32,000 nt of DNA from Puniceicoccales bacterium (GCA_031283585.1 JAITBP010000006.1:72705-104704); one strand, 5' to 3'. Shown: positions 1 through 10,202, numbered from the stretch's first letter. The notes: a model not told the origin generated them from the letters alone. Made by a program: numbers and translations.

Positions 1-419
1 ATCGGGTTCTTGGCTGTCTTGCATAAAAACTCCATTACGGGGTTATAATGTTCTATATGACCGACTTGTATCACACTATCATTTTTTTTTGCCGCCGACA
101 GTATCAACGATGCTTCCTCTAGTGATGAACATAACGGCTTCTCTATCAACAGATGACAGTTTTTGTTCAACAGTTCGAGGGCCACCTCGCAATGCTTATC
201 GGTGGGCACGACCACACTCACCGCATCACAGGCCTCACCCAGGGCTTCAACCGATGGGAAAATTTCACAACCATAGAGTTTTGCAATTTTTTTTGCCTGG
301 CCGCTGTGCACATCACATATGCCAACTAACTCACAGCCACTCAACGAATTATATATCCTCGCATGGTGTTGTCCAAGGTGACCAACCCCAACAACACCAC
401 ATCTAAGCTTAGGAATCAT
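1..419 (-). CDS. Gfo/Idh/MocA-family NAD(P)-dependent oxidoreductase, N-terminal 139 codons (gene runs off the left edge)
   Basis: Not in the ORF track because there is no stop in the window. Hand translation of the minus strand from the ATG at 419..417 gives MIPKLRCGVVGVGHLGQHHARIYNSLSGCELVGICDVHSGQAKKIAKLYGCEIFPSVEALGEACDAVSVVVPTDKHCEVALELLNKNCHLLIEKPLC... It shows an N-terminal GxGxxG Rossmann start and the EKP motif typical of this family. Its ATG overlaps the serS stop (ATGA). Confidence 0.7.
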   Translation of the reverse strand, partial: MIPKLRCGVVGVGHLGQHHARIYNSLSGCELVGICDVHSGQAKKIAKLYGCEIFPSVEALGEACDAVSVVVPTDKHCEVALELLNKNCHLLIEKPLCSSLEEASLILSAAKKNDSVIQVGHIEHYNPVMEFLCKTAKNP

Positions 420-1690
420 TTCTTGCGCCCTAGCATATCCTGATTGATCCAATGTTTCAATACACTGGGAATTCTAACCCGGCCATCCTGCTGTATGTTG
501 TTCTCTAGCAACGCTGCAAGCACTCGCGGTACGGCCAGACCAGAGCCATTGAGCGTATGGACAAATTCCAATTTGCCGGACTCCTTTGATCTAAACCTTA
601 TGCCTGCGCGTCTGGCCTGAAAATCAGTAAAATTGCTGCAACTAGACACCTCAAGCCACCGCTTCTGGCCACCGGCAAAAACCTCCAGGTCATACTGTTT
701 GCTGTGGGAAAACCCGATGTCACCGGTACATATGGACAGCACCCGGTAGGGCAGCTCAAGTTTTTGCAATAGACCCTCAGCATCAGCCCTAAGCTTTTCC
801 AACTCCTCAAAACTATTGTTTGGGTTTGCCCACTTTACCAGCTCAACCTTATCGAACTGATGAAGCCGATTCAGACCGCGCACATCCTTTCCCCAGCTAC
901 CGGCTTCCCGCCGAAAACAAGGTGTGTAGGCACAGCGACATACCGGCAGCTCCCCCTCGTTAAATATCTCATTTCTGAAAAAATTCGTAACCGGCACCTC
1001 GGCGGTGGGAACGCAGTAATAGTCATCGGCCGCGGTATGATACATTTGTCCTTCTTTATCAGGCAGTTGCCCTGTAGCCATTGCGCTATCGGCATTTACC
1101 AAAATCGGCGGCATGAGTTCAACATATCCGTTTTTTCTCGCCTCATCCAGGAAAAACGAGATCAGGGCCCGAACCAGCCGGGCCATATCGCCCAGGTAAA
1201 ACGGGAACCCAGAGCCTGTAACCTTCACACCTCTAGGTAGATCCAGGTACTCACCAAACCAATGGATATCATAGTGTGGCAGGGCAAATTTTGATATTTT
1301 TTCCAGGTCACCCCAGCTATAGACCAGCTGATTTTCGGTCTCATTTTTTCCCACCGGAACGGACTGATGTGGAACGTTAGGTATGCTCAAATACAATGAC
1401 TTCCAGGACTCGTCAAGTTTTTTAAATTCCCCATCAAGCTTCACTATCCTATCGGAAAGCAACCTCAACTCGGTTACTTTTTCACAAAACTCGATGGACC
1501 CTTTTTCCAACTTTGCCATGCTATCATTGGCTGCATTTTGCATTGCCCGCAGATCCTCTATTTCAGTCAACATCTCTCTGCGCCTTTTATCAATTGCGAT
1601 AAACCCGTCCACATCGCATCTGAATTTTTTCTTCAAAACAGCTGCCTTTACTTCCTCGTGGCACTCACGTATATATTTTAAATCCAACAT
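416..1690 (-). CDS. serS: seryl-tRNA synthetase
   Basis: 424 aa. N-terminal coiled-coil tRNA-binding arm (MLDLKYIRE...) and class II core motifs (FRREAGS..GKDVRGLNRLHQFDKVE, TLNGSGLAVPR). Confidence 0.95.
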   Translation of the reverse strand: MLDLKYIRECHEEVKAAVLKKKFRCDVDGFIAIDKRRREMLTEIEDLRAMQNAANDSMAKLEKGSIEFCEKVTELRLLSDRIVKLDGEFKKLDESWKSLYLSIPNVPHQSVPVGKNETENQLVYSWGDLEKISKFALPHYDIHWFGEYLDLPRGVKVTGSGFPFYLGDMARLVRALISFFLDEARKNGYVELMPPILVNADSAMATGQLPDKEGQMYHTAADDYYCVPTAEVPVTNFFRNEIFNEGELPVCRCAYTPCFRREAGSWGKDVRGLNRLHQFDKVELVKWANPNNSFEELEKLRADAEGLLQKLELPYRVLSICTGDIGFSHSKQYDLEVFAGGQKRWLEVSSCSNFTDFQARRAGIRFRSKESGKLEFVHTLNGSGLAVPRVLAALLENNIQQDGRVRIPSVLKHWINQDMLGRKK

Positions 1691-1691
1691 G

Positions 1692-3023
1692 TTACAATAC
1701 CTCTAATTTTTTAATTATTATCGTTTTTCTATTTTTTACACCAAGTCTTCGCAAATCCTCACATTGAGAAATTAGGCCACCATTGCCACTTATTTTTGGT
1801 AAAATTTTTGTAGCAAACTGATCATTGACCTTCAGGAACATCCTGTTCAAATCATCCAGGGCTTCAAATAATCCGACGCATTTGTCATATAGCCGGCCTC
1901 CACGCTCGGCAATTTCCCTGGCATTTTCATTCTGCTTTTCCACCTGCCACATGGATTTTATGAGCCGCAGAGTAAGAAATAATGTGGACGGATACACAGG
2001 CACAACTCCTTTATCTCTAGCATATTGCGCAATATCTCGACCGCCAAGTTGACCGGACTGAGCCTCGTTAAAATAGGCGGCTGTCACATAGGCCGACTCA
2101 ATCGGTATAAACATCAACAGAAATGGACAAATATCAACATTGCCAATAATGTTATGGTACTTTGTTATCTCATCGATATGTTTTTTAATCGAGGTCCTGT
2201 GCTCGTTTAGGGCCCTGGTCTTCTCATCATCATTCGCCGCATTGACGAACCTTTCATAGGCGGAAAGCGACACCTTCGAGTCTATCAGGACCCACTGATT
2301 TTGTGGCAGCCTCACCATGAAATCTGGCTTCGCCACTGCATCATTTAGCCTCAGATTCATACCCGTTCCCTGGCACACAAAATCACCAGACTGCTTCGAT
2401 AGTCCGGCGCCTTCAAGTAAATTTTCCAACTGAATTTCACCAAAATTACCCTGAATTTTTGAATCACATCGCAGTGCATTGGTGAGATTTGAGGCCTCGG
2501 TCTGCATCTTTTCCACATTCTCAAATAACACCCTAAGCTGACAGGCCAACTCGGTCCTTGACTTTGATTCCGGCAGAAAAATATCCCGTTTGAACGAATC
2601 GAATTCGGCCTTTATTTTCTCCACCAGGCCACCGACTTCCCGGCTGGTTTCCTCAGAAAATTTCGACTTTTTTGCCTCGAGGATCTCCTGGGACAAATTG
2701 CTAAGCTCAATCTTAAGTCGTTCTTTCCCTTCCTCTATCTGGGCCTTGGTCACCTCGAGCGCCGTGTTTCTATTACCTAGCTCCAATATCTGCCTCCGAA
2801 GCTCTACCAGCTCCATCGATTGCATTTCGATTTGCCGTTCGGCAGAGGTAAATTTTCCCTGTAGCTCAGATTTTTGCCTAAGATATTCGTCTTTTTCACT
2901 GGTTATTTGCACTAAACTCTTTTCCATGGCCCGGACCTGAGCACCACATCTAGTCCAACTAACCAGGCAAATAATCACCACCGAGACCAATGCCACAAAC
3001 AAGAATCCAAGCAATAAAACCAT
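1692..3023 (-). CDS. rmuC: DNA recombination protein RmuC
   Basis: 443 aa. N-terminal TM helix, long coiled-coil, and a C-terminal nuclease-like region with PDFMVRLPQNQWVLIDSKVSLSAYERF typical of the RmuC family. Confidence 0.85.
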   Translation of the reverse strand: MVLLLGFLFVALVSVVIICLVSWTRCGAQVRAMEKSLVQITSEKDEYLRQKSELQGKFTSAERQIEMQSMELVELRRQILELGNRNTALEVTKAQIEEGKERLKIELSNLSQEILEAKKSKFSEETSREVGGLVEKIKAEFDSFKRDIFLPESKSRTELACQLRVLFENVEKMQTEASNLTNALRCDSKIQGNFGEIQLENLLEGAGLSKQSGDFVCQGTGMNLRLNDAVAKPDFMVRLPQNQWVLIDSKVSLSAYERFVNAANDDEKTRALNEHRTSIKKHIDEITKYHNIIGNVDICPFLLMFIPIESAYVTAAYFNEAQSGQLGGRDIAQYARDKGVVPVYPSTLFLTLRLIKSMWQVEKQNENAREIAERGGRLYDKCVGLFEALDDLNRMFLKVNDQFATKILPKISGNGGLISQCEDLRRLGVKNRKTIIIKKLEVL

Positions 3024-3027
3024 GTGT

Positions 3028-4077
3028 CTAACTATTTTTCAATGAACGCTCCAAGGCCTCAACTTTTTCTATAAATTTTGGTAGCCTTTTGATGGCCGAC
3101 ATTTGCCTCACGAAATCATCATACTTTCTGGCCGGAGAGCCAAATATAACGCACTCATCTTCAATATCTTTTGTCACGCCAGACTGGGCACAAATCCTGA
3201 CACCATCACCGATATCCAGATGGCCAGCAATTCCAACCTGACCACCAAGCACCACGTGATTTCCTAGCCTTGTACTGCCGGCGATTCCAGCCTGGGCAAC
3301 AATCATACACCCGGCGCCAACCTGCACATTATGGGCTATCTGGACCAGGTTGTCTATTTTAGTGCCCTTTCCGATGATGGTCGACGCAAACCTAGCCCTG
3401 TCTATGGTAGTGTTAGCGCCAATTTCCACCTGGTCCTCGATTACCACGTTGCCTATATGGGAAATTTTTCTATGTTCTCCGTCTATTGTTTCGTAACCAA
3501 ATCCATCTGAACCAATTACCGCACCAGAATTTATTTTTACATCTCTGCCAATTTTGGAACAGGGCATTATTGTAACATTCGGTGCCAGAATTGTGTTCTC
3601 GCCTATTTCAGTGTCGTAGCCTATAAATGTCCCGGCACCTATAACCACCCTGTCTGCGATTGTAACGCCTTCTTCTATAACAACTCTTGGGCCAATAGAC
3701 AGAAAATTTCCTAGCTTCACCGACCGATGGATAACGGCGGTTCTATCAATGCCATGGACAAAATTTTTGGACAAAATTTCCTCAATTTTTGCACAAAGTA
3801 ACCCCAGCGCATAGGATGGATTGGCGCAGAGGAGAAACGCCTGATTTTCTCCTGGAGGTAATTTTATGCTTATGCCATCGTCACGGGGAACCAAAACTAT
3901 TGACGCCGATGTGTGTTGCAAATCAACCAAATGGTCTTTGTTCCTACAAAATGATATGTCCCCTGGCTCAGCTTCCCTCAGCTGCGATACCCTATGGACA
4001 TCACCCAGAAAACGTCCTATAACTCCTTCTGGTTCAACAATCGCAACAACCTCATTCAATGAAAATTTCCATTTCAT
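3028..4077 (-). CDS. lpxD: UDP-3-O-acylglucosamine N-acyltransferase
   Basis: 349 aa. N-terminal LpxD domain followed by a long left-handed beta-helix hexapeptide-repeat region (IGxxxxIxxxVxIG series). Confidence 0.9.
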   Translation of the reverse strand: MKWKFSLNEVVAIVEPEGVIGRFLGDVHRVSQLREAEPGDISFCRNKDHLVDLQHTSASIVLVPRDDGISIKLPPGENQAFLLCANPSYALGLLCAKIEEILSKNFVHGIDRTAVIHRSVKLGNFLSIGPRVVIEEGVTIADRVVIGAGTFIGYDTEIGENTILAPNVTIMPCSKIGRDVKINSGAVIGSDGFGYETIDGEHRKISHIGNVVIEDQVEIGANTTIDRARFASTIIGKGTKIDNLVQIAHNVQVGAGCMIVAQAGIAGSTRLGNHVVLGGQVGIAGHLDIGDGVRICAQSGVTKDIEDECVIFGSPARKYDDFVRQMSAIKRLPKFIEKVEALERSLKNS

Positions 4078-4089
4078 AGATCAACGGGA

Positions 4090-4118
4090 ATTCTTTTAAT
4101 ATGGTGGCCCAATGTCAA
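4090..4118 (-). promoter_or_regulatory. candidate sigma70-like promoter upstream of lpxD (-35 TTGACA, 17-nt spacer, -10 AAGAAT)
   Basis: Read on the minus strand: TTGACA at 4118..4113 and AAGAAT at 4095..4090. This would leave only a very short leader before the lpxD ATG (4077). Motif match only. Confidence 0.25.
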
Positions 4119-4152
4119 TGGTGATAACAAACATAAAATACCCTAACTATCG

Positions 4153-4239
4153 TGGTGGTGAGGGAGCGATTCGAACGCTCGAAGAGCGAAGCTCGACAGA
4201 TTTACAGTCTGCACCCTTTAGCCACTTGGATACCTCACC
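4153..4239 (-). tRNA. tRNA-Tyr (anticodon GUA), class II long variable arm, CCA encoded
   Basis: The reverse complement reads GGTGAGGTATCCAAGTGGCTAAAGGGTGCAGACTGTAAATCTGTCGAGCTTCGCTCTTCGAGCGTTCGAATCGCTCCCTCACCACCA. It has a 7-bp acceptor stem, anticodon loop CTGTAAA, a long variable arm, T-loop GTTCGAATC and a terminal ACCA. Confidence 0.9.
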
Positions 4240-4292
4240 GATGGGTGCCAGAACTAGGACTACAATCTCGTTTGGCAAGAATTTTTTGTCTT

Positions 4293-4308
4293 GTTTTGTT
4301 TTGTTTTG
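4293..4308. repeat. short pentanucleotide microsatellite (GTTTT)x3 between the alr stop and tRNA-Tyr
   Basis: Direct reading: gttttgttttgttttg, preceded by imperfect units. Confidence 0.6.
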
Positions 4309-4314
4309 ATCACC

Positions 4315-5424
4315 TCATCGTTTGTAAACCCGCTCAACTCTACCTGATATGGCACACAGACTTTCTCTTATTATTCGCCGACCAGCTTTACTGAATTCGT
4401 TGACAGTTATGCACCTGGCTCCGTCGCTACCTATCCATAGCACCGTATCGCCCGGCCTTGGCCCGGGGCAATTAGCCAAACAGATAGTTGTCTGATCCAT
4501 CGACACCCTTCCTATAACCTGGCAAACACTACCATTGACCAGGCAATGGCCCCTGTTGATGAAACTAACAGGGATTCCATCGGCATAGCCACAGGCAACC
4601 ACACCAATTTTTGTGTCACTTGTTGTCCTATAGCTGCCGTCATAACCAATTTTCACGCCCTTTGGTATATTTTTTACAAGTACCAGCTTGCTTTTAAAGC
4701 TCAGCACAGGCCTAATGCCAAGTCTATCTAGCTCTTGGACAATATCATCCGGCGCAATTCCATACTGCATGGCACCGACTCTGACGCAGTTACAGATATC
4801 ATCGACCCTGGAATCTTTGATGGCAAAGCTACTGCTTTCATGGATTTTCAATTCTTCGGTTGGCCAATCAAACTGTCTCAGCCAATTTCTAAAGTTTTTG
4901 CGTTGCAGCTCGGTATAGGCATTATCGCTACCAAGACAGGACAAATGTGTAGCCAGACCACCGATTTTTATTTGACTGCTATGGCATAGCCTGCGTAGCT
5001 CATCACTGTTGTTCTCATGCCAGAACCCAGACCGGCCCATGCCCGTATCAATCTTCAGATGAATCTCAGCTACCTTTTCCAGGGCCTTCGCCGTGGCAAC
5101 CAGCTGGGTTAGCTCATCACAGCTGGACACTAAAGGCACAAACCCATTGGCCACCACAGAATTGATCTCTTCTGACAACAGCGGACCCAGTATAAGTATC
5201 TTCTTTCCCTGGGAATAGTCCTTTATAGCCATGGCCTCGTTGAGGTTGGCAACGGCAAAAGCGTCGACCAAGTCCACCGAACTCTTAACCAACTCCTGGG
5301 CACCGCAACCATAGGCATTTGCCTTGACAACAGATATGTATCCCATGCCCTTTGGCAGACTTTTCTTTATGATTACTATATTATCGCGAAACCTAGTTAA
5401 ATCGATTTCAATCCAACAACGCAT
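4315..5424 (-). CDS. alr: alanine racemase
   Basis: PLP-lysine motif VVKANAYGCG and family-typical start MRCWIEIDL. I prefer the ATG at 5424 (AGGGAAG about 10 nt upstream) over the TTG at 5514 used by the ORF track. Confidence 0.85.
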   Translation of the reverse strand: MRCWIEIDLTRFRDNIVIIKKSLPKGMGYISVVKANAYGCGAQELVKSSVDLVDAFAVANLNEAMAIKDYSQGKKILILGPLLSEEINSVVANGFVPLVSSCDELTQLVATAKALEKVAEIHLKIDTGMGRSGFWHENNSDELRRLCHSSQIKIGGLATHLSCLGSDNAYTELQRKNFRNWLRQFDWPTEELKIHESSSFAIKDSRVDDICNCVRVGAMQYGIAPDDIVQELDRLGIRPVLSFKSKLVLVKNIPKGVKIGYDGSYRTTSDTKIGVVACGYADGIPVSFINRGHCLVNGSVCQVIGRVSMDQTTICLANCPGPRPGDTVLWIGSDGARCITVNEFSKAGRRIIRESLCAISGRVERVYKR

Positions 5425-5539
5425 ATTGCCAAAACTTCCCTGTTTTAGCACATAGCATTCAAAGAAATTGTTTGCAAGAAAATTAAAACAACATCTGTTA
5501 CGTTTAATTAACAACTATCTCCGGCACAACAACATCCAA

Positions 5540-6784
5540 TCATTTGCCAAAATTGTCATCATCCTCGGGTTTTTCATACTGTCTTTGATTTTTCGAACGG
5601 CCATCACCGCTGGTCCACCTGGCTTGACTATCGTCTTTTAGTTTAATTTCCACGTGGCTTATTTCCTTTAGGTTGTCCATCAGGTGCTGCCTGAGCTCAC
5701 CCTGCCTTCCCATTAGGAAAAACGCTGACTCAGAAACCGTCGTGTTAAATTGCACGCTCAATTTTGTACCATCTTTAGATATTAAAATTTCTGTACCAGG
5801 CAGTATGGCATTGCTCAGTCGCACTCGTACCTCCTGTTTGGCATCCAGAGCGGCATGGGAAACCAGAATGCGGGAAACGATTTCCGAACTGATTTTGGCC
5901 AGGCGTTCTGCCGAAGACTTTAACGATGCCGATTCATCGATCCGGTCCGGAATCGCCTTGTCCATCAATTGGCTGGGCATATCACTGGAAACACTACCAC
6001 CGGTCTGGATCAGAACCGCCTCGTCCTCCACCTGGCCAGGCACATCAGTGGAGACATCGCCATCGACCTGGATCGGAATCACACTGTCCTCCGACTGGCT
6101 TGGCATGTCCCGGGAAACACGACCATCGACCCGGATCGGAGCCGCCCTGTCCTCCGGCTGGCTTGGCATGGCCCGGGAGACACTACCACCGGTCTGGATC
6201 GGAACCGCCTCGCCCTCAGGCTGGCTTGGCATATCAGTGGAGACATCGCCATCGACCTGGATCGGAATCACACTGTCCTCCGACTGGCTTGGCATATCAG
6301 TGGAGACATCGCCATCGACCTGGATCGGAGCCGCCTTGTCCTCCGGCTGGGTTGGTATGGTCCGGGAAACACTACCATCGACCCGGATTGGAACCGCCCT
6401 GTCCTCCGGCTGGCCGGATGTTGTCATAGAGGTTCTTAGCATCCCAGGCTCAACTAAACCTAATTTGGATTGTTCATTCTCTGGTGCATATTCGTCCTCA
6501 TAGTCATCAGGCAGATCGGAATCATCGGCTCGCTCCTCAGCCAGCTTCGGCCTTTTATTAGAGAGACCGTTCTCGCTATCATCGACCTGATCTTTATCGT
6601 CGATACCCAAATCGACCGATGATTTCGATTTCTTTTTATCATCACTCTCGCCTAAAATTTTTTTGAAAGTTCCCACCTCTTCCTGGGGTGGATAACTCAA
6701 TTTAGTCGAATCAAAAGAATCATTATCAACGTTCAGGGTGTTAACACCATGGTTTTCCACATTTATTTTAATATTTTCATTCAT
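5540..6784 (-). CDS. sctP: T3SS needle-length ruler / substrate-specificity switch candidate (SctP/YscP-like)
   Basis: Sits immediately after sctN-sctO. Acidic disordered N-terminus and eight 21-aa tandem repeats. The C-terminal region (EVRVRLSNAILPGTEILISKDGTKLSVQFNTTVSESAFFLMGRQGELRQHL) resembles the FliK/YscP T3S4 switch-domain pattern. Confidence 0.6.
   Translation of the reverse strand: MNENIKINVENHGVNTLNVDNDSFDSTKLSYPPQEEVGTFKKILGESDDKKKSKSSVDLGIDDKDQVDDSENGLSNKRPKLAEERADDSDLPDDYEDEYAPENEQSKLGLVEPGMLRTSMTTSGQPEDRAVPIRVDGSVSRTIPTQPEDKAAPIQVDGDVSTDMPSQSEDSVIPIQVDGDVSTDMPSQPEGEAVPIQTGGSVSRAMPSQPEDRAAPIRVDGRVSRDMPSQSEDSVIPIQVDGDVSTDVPGQVEDEAVLIQTGGSVSSDMPSQLMDKAIPDRIDESASLKSSAERLAKISSEIVSRILVSHAALDAKQEVRVRLSNAILPGTEILISKDGTKLSVQFNTTVSESAFFLMGRQGELRQHLMDNLKEISHVEIKLKDDSQARWTSGDGRSKNQRQYEKPEDDDNFGK
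5924..6427 (-). repeat. eight in-frame tandem repeats of 63 nt (21 aa) inside sctP
   Basis: Units such as DMPSQSEDSVIPIQVDGDVST occur twice identically, with variants DMPSQPEGEAVPIQTGGSVSR, AMPSQPEDRAAPIRVDGRVSR and others. The DNA period was checked by counting (agacatcgcc...cagtgg = 63 nt). The region is visibly more GC-rich than its flanks. Confidence 0.9.
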
Positions 6785-6790
6785 AGCTAT

Positions 6791-7267
6791 CTATTCCAAA
6801 CTTTTTACTTTAACATCTTCCATTTCAATGTCTGCTTGACGCTCTTCTTCTTTTTTTACCTCTTCTCTCCATTTGTCTTTCAACGATTCTACCTTGTCGA
6901 TATTACGATTGGCCTGGATCAATTCTTCTCTCCTTTTTTCCAGATTTTCTTTGGCCTTTTGGCACATTACCATCGCATCCTCGACTCGTTTTTCATACTC
7001 AAAAACTTTGTTTTGAAGCTCTTTTATGGCTAGGTGCAGAGCATCAACGGAATTTTTCTTGATACTTTTTTTTAAAACTTGTTTATATAACCTGTTAGTC
7101 TCATTTATTACGAATAACTTGTAGTCCTCCAATTCCTGCTTAGCTTTGGCCAGGGCCTGTTCGGCTTCTCTGAGCAATTTCTGGGCCTGGGTAAGGTTCT
7201 TCTCCGCTCGATCCTTACGAATTTCTCTTACTTTCAGTAAATCATCTAGCTCATATTTCTTTGCCAT
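6791..7267 (-). CDS. sctO: T3SS stalk protein (SctO/YscO-like coiled-coil)
   Basis: Small, highly charged, all-coiled-coil protein directly downstream of the ATPase gene, as in ysc/psc/cds loci. ATG at 7267. The ORF-track start at 7291 is a TTG that overlaps the end of sctN. Confidence 0.6.
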   Translation of the reverse strand: MAKKYELDDLLKVREIRKDRAEKNLTQAQKLLREAEQALAKAKQELEDYKLFVINETNRLYKQVLKKSIKKNSVDALHLAIKELQNKVFEYEKRVEDAMVMCQKAKENLEKRREELIQANRNIDKVESLKDKWREEVKKEEERQADIEMEDVKVKSLE

Positions 7268-7280
7268 ACAATAACTTGGA

Positions 7281-8678
7281 TTACAATCCAACCACCTGCT
7301 TTAGTTTTGCCACCGTCTCATCGAAAGTATTTGTCTCCTTCAGGCCCTGCTTAAGAAATGAATTCACCGCATCGATTCTATCGATGGCTTCGTCGGTGAC
7401 CGCATCGGACCCTCGTTTATACTCACCTATACGTACCAACAATTCCACCTCGTTATATTTGGCCAGGATGGTTCGCAGTTTTCCTGCAGCGGCCTTGTGA
7501 TCATCGGGGACGATGGCCGACATACAACGGCTTATGCTTGCCAAAATATCTATGGCCGGATAGTGATTTGCCGAACCCAATTTTCTGGACAAAACTATGT
7601 GGCCATCCAGGATTGACCTGGTTTCATCAGCCACCGGTTCGGTCATATCATCTCCTTCCACCAGCACCGTGTAGAGAGCAGTTATCGAACCCTTTGAGGA
7701 CTGGCCAGCCCTTTCCATCAACTTTGGAAGCGTGGCAAAAACCGACGGAGGAAACCCTCTTCTGGTCGGTGGTTCGCCGGCGGCTAACCCTATTTCACGC
7801 TGGGCTCTGGCGAAACGTGTGGCCGAATCCATCATCAACAAAACTTTTTTATTTTTATCTCGGAAATATTCGGCTATGGCTGTGGCCACATATGCAGCTT
7901 TAAGTCGTTCCATTGCAGAACGGTCTGACGTAGCAATCACCAATATTGATCGCTTCATACCTTCTTCGCCCAGGTCCTTTTCGATGAATTCCCTGACCTC
8001 ACGACCACGTTCGCCGATCAGCGCAAGCACATTCACCTCTGCCTCGGTATTTCTGATTATCTGAGCCAACAACGTACTTTTACCGCCGCCGGCAGCAGCA
8101 AAGATACCAAGCCGCTGGCCTTCGCCACAGGTGAGTAGGCCATCCATGGCTCTAACCCCTAGCGAAAGTGGCTTTGATATTGGTGCTCGCGACATTGGAT
8201 GGGGCGGATCATGATAAACCGGATAAAAGGTCTCTGGTTCAAATTTTCCACGGACTTTGTCCTCCGACGCGTGGCCTAGTCCATCCACAATACGACCCAC
8301 AAGATCGTCACCCACAGGGACCATGTGCACATCTCCGGTGGGAATTACCTCGGTTGAAGACGAAACACCATTGATTTCGCCGAGCGGAGTCAGGATTGCT
8401 GCCTGTTTATCAAAGCCAACAACTTCGGCATAGAGCTCGGTTTTCTCCCAGGGATTTTTTAAAATGCACAGCTCTCCAATTTTTACATTGGGAACAACAG
8501 CTTTCATAATGGTGCCAACAACCTGCAAGACCTTGCCCTTCATCTTGAAGGTCGTGGATTCCTCTATGTTTTGGTCGATGATCGAAGCAATGTTTCGACC
8601 ATTGGCTGTCTCCATATCGCCGATAATCTCATCGGTTGACTTGCCATCGGATTTATACTCAAGATCCTCGGTATCCAT
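7281..8678 (-). CDS. sctN: T3SS ATPase
   Basis: 465 aa. Walker [15 protein letters not shown] and Walker [19 protein letters not shown]. FliI/YscN family signature throughout. Confidence 0.95.
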   Translation of the reverse strand: MDTEDLEYKSDGKSTDEIIGDMETANGRNIASIIDQNIEESTTFKMKGKVLQVVGTIMKAVVPNVKIGELCILKNPWEKTELYAEVVGFDKQAAILTPLGEINGVSSSTEVIPTGDVHMVPVGDDLVGRIVDGLGHASEDKVRGKFEPETFYPVYHDPPHPMSRAPISKPLSLGVRAMDGLLTCGEGQRLGIFAAAGGGKSTLLAQIIRNTEAEVNVLALIGERGREVREFIEKDLGEEGMKRSILVIATSDRSAMERLKAAYVATAIAEYFRDKNKKVLLMMDSATRFARAQREIGLAAGEPPTRRGFPPSVFATLPKLMERAGQSSKGSITALYTVLVEGDDMTEPVADETRSILDGHIVLSRKLGSANHYPAIDILASISRCMSAIVPDDHKAAAGKLRTILAKYNEVELLVRIGEYKRGSDAVTDEAIDRIDAVNSFLKQGLKETNTFDETVAKLKQVVGL

Positions 8679-8689
8679 CCTAACCCCTA

Positions 8690-9493
8690 TTACTTCAATG
8701 CCTTGGTGATGGCTTTCGTTATTGCGTCCAACTGAACATCTAAACTGGCATCGACCACACCAATTTCAGTTTCAAGCACACAGGTACCTTTTTTCAGCCG
8801 CGAATCCGCGCTTACCTCTAGGTACTCTATGCCTCCGCTGTCCTTCAGAATTTCATCCAGCCGACTTCTTATGGTTTGTGCTTCAGCCGCAGATACTTTC
8901 AGTACAGCACTCTTTTGGTTTTTGATATTTTTAATGGCATTTTTCACGACATTTGTGATCAAATCCTTCTGATCGATTTCACCAATTATTCGCTGAACGG
9001 CCTTGCTGACGACTCCCACAATCTCGCTCTCAAATTTTTTAAAATTGTCAGCATTCTTGACAACAATTTCCGTCATCCGATTCACAACCTCTTGCTTACC
9101 GCTGGCATAGCCATCATCACGGCCTTTCCTGGCCTCTTCCTCATAGCGAGCCTTCGCCGAGACAAGTATCTCATTTTGTTTTGAAATGGCATCGTCGATT
9201 ATCTTTCTGGCCTTGGCATTACCCTCTTCCACCAACACCCTAACCTTCTCATTGGCTTCATCTATCAGTTTATCACTGCGGGAGTTGGCTTCACTGATAA
9301 GCTTGGCAGCCCGGTCATTGGCCTCGGCAATCAGCCTGTCGCTCTCGGCATTGGCTTGGTTTATAACCCCAGCGCTGATACCATTTGCTATTTCCATCGC
9401 TTCGTTTATGGAAACAATGGTAGTATATTCCTCGGCCCTAAGAATTTTAGACTCGGGCATCAGCTGCAACCCTTCATTTTTTATAACAAACAT
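8690..9493 (-). CDS. sctL: T3SS stator protein (SctL; YscL/FliH family)
   Basis: 267 aa. FliH-like charged helical repeat region ([28 protein letters not shown]...) and a C-terminal globular domain. Lies immediately upstream of sctN. Confidence 0.8.
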   Translation of the reverse strand: MFVIKNEGLQLMPESKILRAEEYTTIVSINEAMEIANGISAGVINQANAESDRLIAEANDRAAKLISEANSRSDKLIDEANEKVRVLVEEGNAKARKIIDDAISKQNEILVSAKARYEEEARKGRDDGYASGKQEVVNRMTEIVVKNADNFKKFESEIVGVVSKAVQRIIGEIDQKDLITNVVKNAIKNIKNQKSAVLKVSAAEAQTIRSRLDEILKDSGGIEYLEVSADSRLKKGTCVLETEIGVVDASLDVQLDAITKAITKALK

Positions 9494-9495
9494 AG

Positions 9496-10185
9496 CTATC
9501 CCTTCATCAGTATTGGCACACGGATTTTGTCACCAGGCAGATAATTAAGTATTTTTTTTGTAAACCTCCAACATTCATCGGCCAATGAATCCTCTTTGGA
9601 AAAATCCCAGACCTCGGTTTTGGGAAATTTTAGGACAAATTTTCGACCCAAATCCTCAGGAACCATTGTCAAACAGGCCGATATCACAAATTTTCCTGCC
9701 TTGACGATTTTATCGTAAATACTTCCTGAAAAGGCCGGTAATGCCAATGAATCTATCTGCGATTTCTTGAACAATAAATCTGCACTCCTTATGGAAAAAT
9801 TATAGGCTGGGCCGATTTGGTCTTTCAGCTGCTTCAACTCATCGTGAACCACGATCTTCTTCACCTCATCGGCATAGATTGCGGCACCTATGTAATTCAC
9901 TAGAAAGTAAATATCATCCCGTGTAAGTAAACACAGACCATAGCGCTGTTCGGAAAAATCCCCATACCATTTGCCCAGATTAAGACGTTTCGAGACATAG
10001 GCACTGATGGCTCTCCTGGTGCGTGGATTTTTTGCCAACGGCAGCATAATTGTTTTTTCACAGTCCAGTTCTGCCAGATAATCGTCATGAATGTGACTGA
10101 CCACGTTATCATTGAAATCACAGATCTCAGAAAAAGCCTTCGCATCTTCCTTTATAGTATTTCGAATATAATCCAACGAACTCAT
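9496..10185 (-). CDS. sctK: T3SS sorting-platform protein (SctK/YscK-like)
   Basis: 229 aa between sctJ and sctL. The central segment LCLLTRDDIYFLVNYIGAAIYADEVKKIVVHDELKQLKDQIGPAYNFSIRSADLL matches the pattern I recall for YscK-family proteins. Confidence 0.55.
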   Translation of the reverse strand: MSSLDYIRNTIKEDAKAFSEICDFNDNVVSHIHDDYLAELDCEKTIMLPLAKNPRTRRAISAYVSKRLNLGKWYGDFSEQRYGLCLLTRDDIYFLVNYIGAAIYADEVKKIVVHDELKQLKDQIGPAYNFSIRSADLLFKKSQIDSLALPAFSGSIYDKIVKAGKFVISACLTMVPEDLGRKFVLKFPKTEVWDFSKEDSLADECWRFTKKILNYLPGDKIRVPILMKG

Positions 10186-10202
10186 CTAAATACACATAAA
10201 AT

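Noticed and set aside
89-406. 105-aa plus-strand ORF at the left edge
   Set aside because: It is antisense to a much better minus-strand reading frame (Rossmann-fold oxidoreductase coupled to serS by an ATGA overlap). Its product is a Pro/His-rich sequence with no recognisable features.
5924-6427. Regularly spaced repeats that might be read as a CRISPR array
   Set aside because: The whole 63-nt period is conserved, so there are no unique spacers. The repeats are in frame inside a CDS and no cas genes are nearby.
5673-6503. Three long plus-strand ORFs (276, 167 and 156 aa) overlapping each other
   Set aside because: All lie antisense to the sctP tandem repeats. The GC-rich 63-nt unit has no stop codons in several frames, so the open frames propagate. 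Their products are Pro/Gly/Ser/Trp-rich low-complexity repeats with no start context. The minus-strand frame has operon context and a recognisable C-terminal domain.
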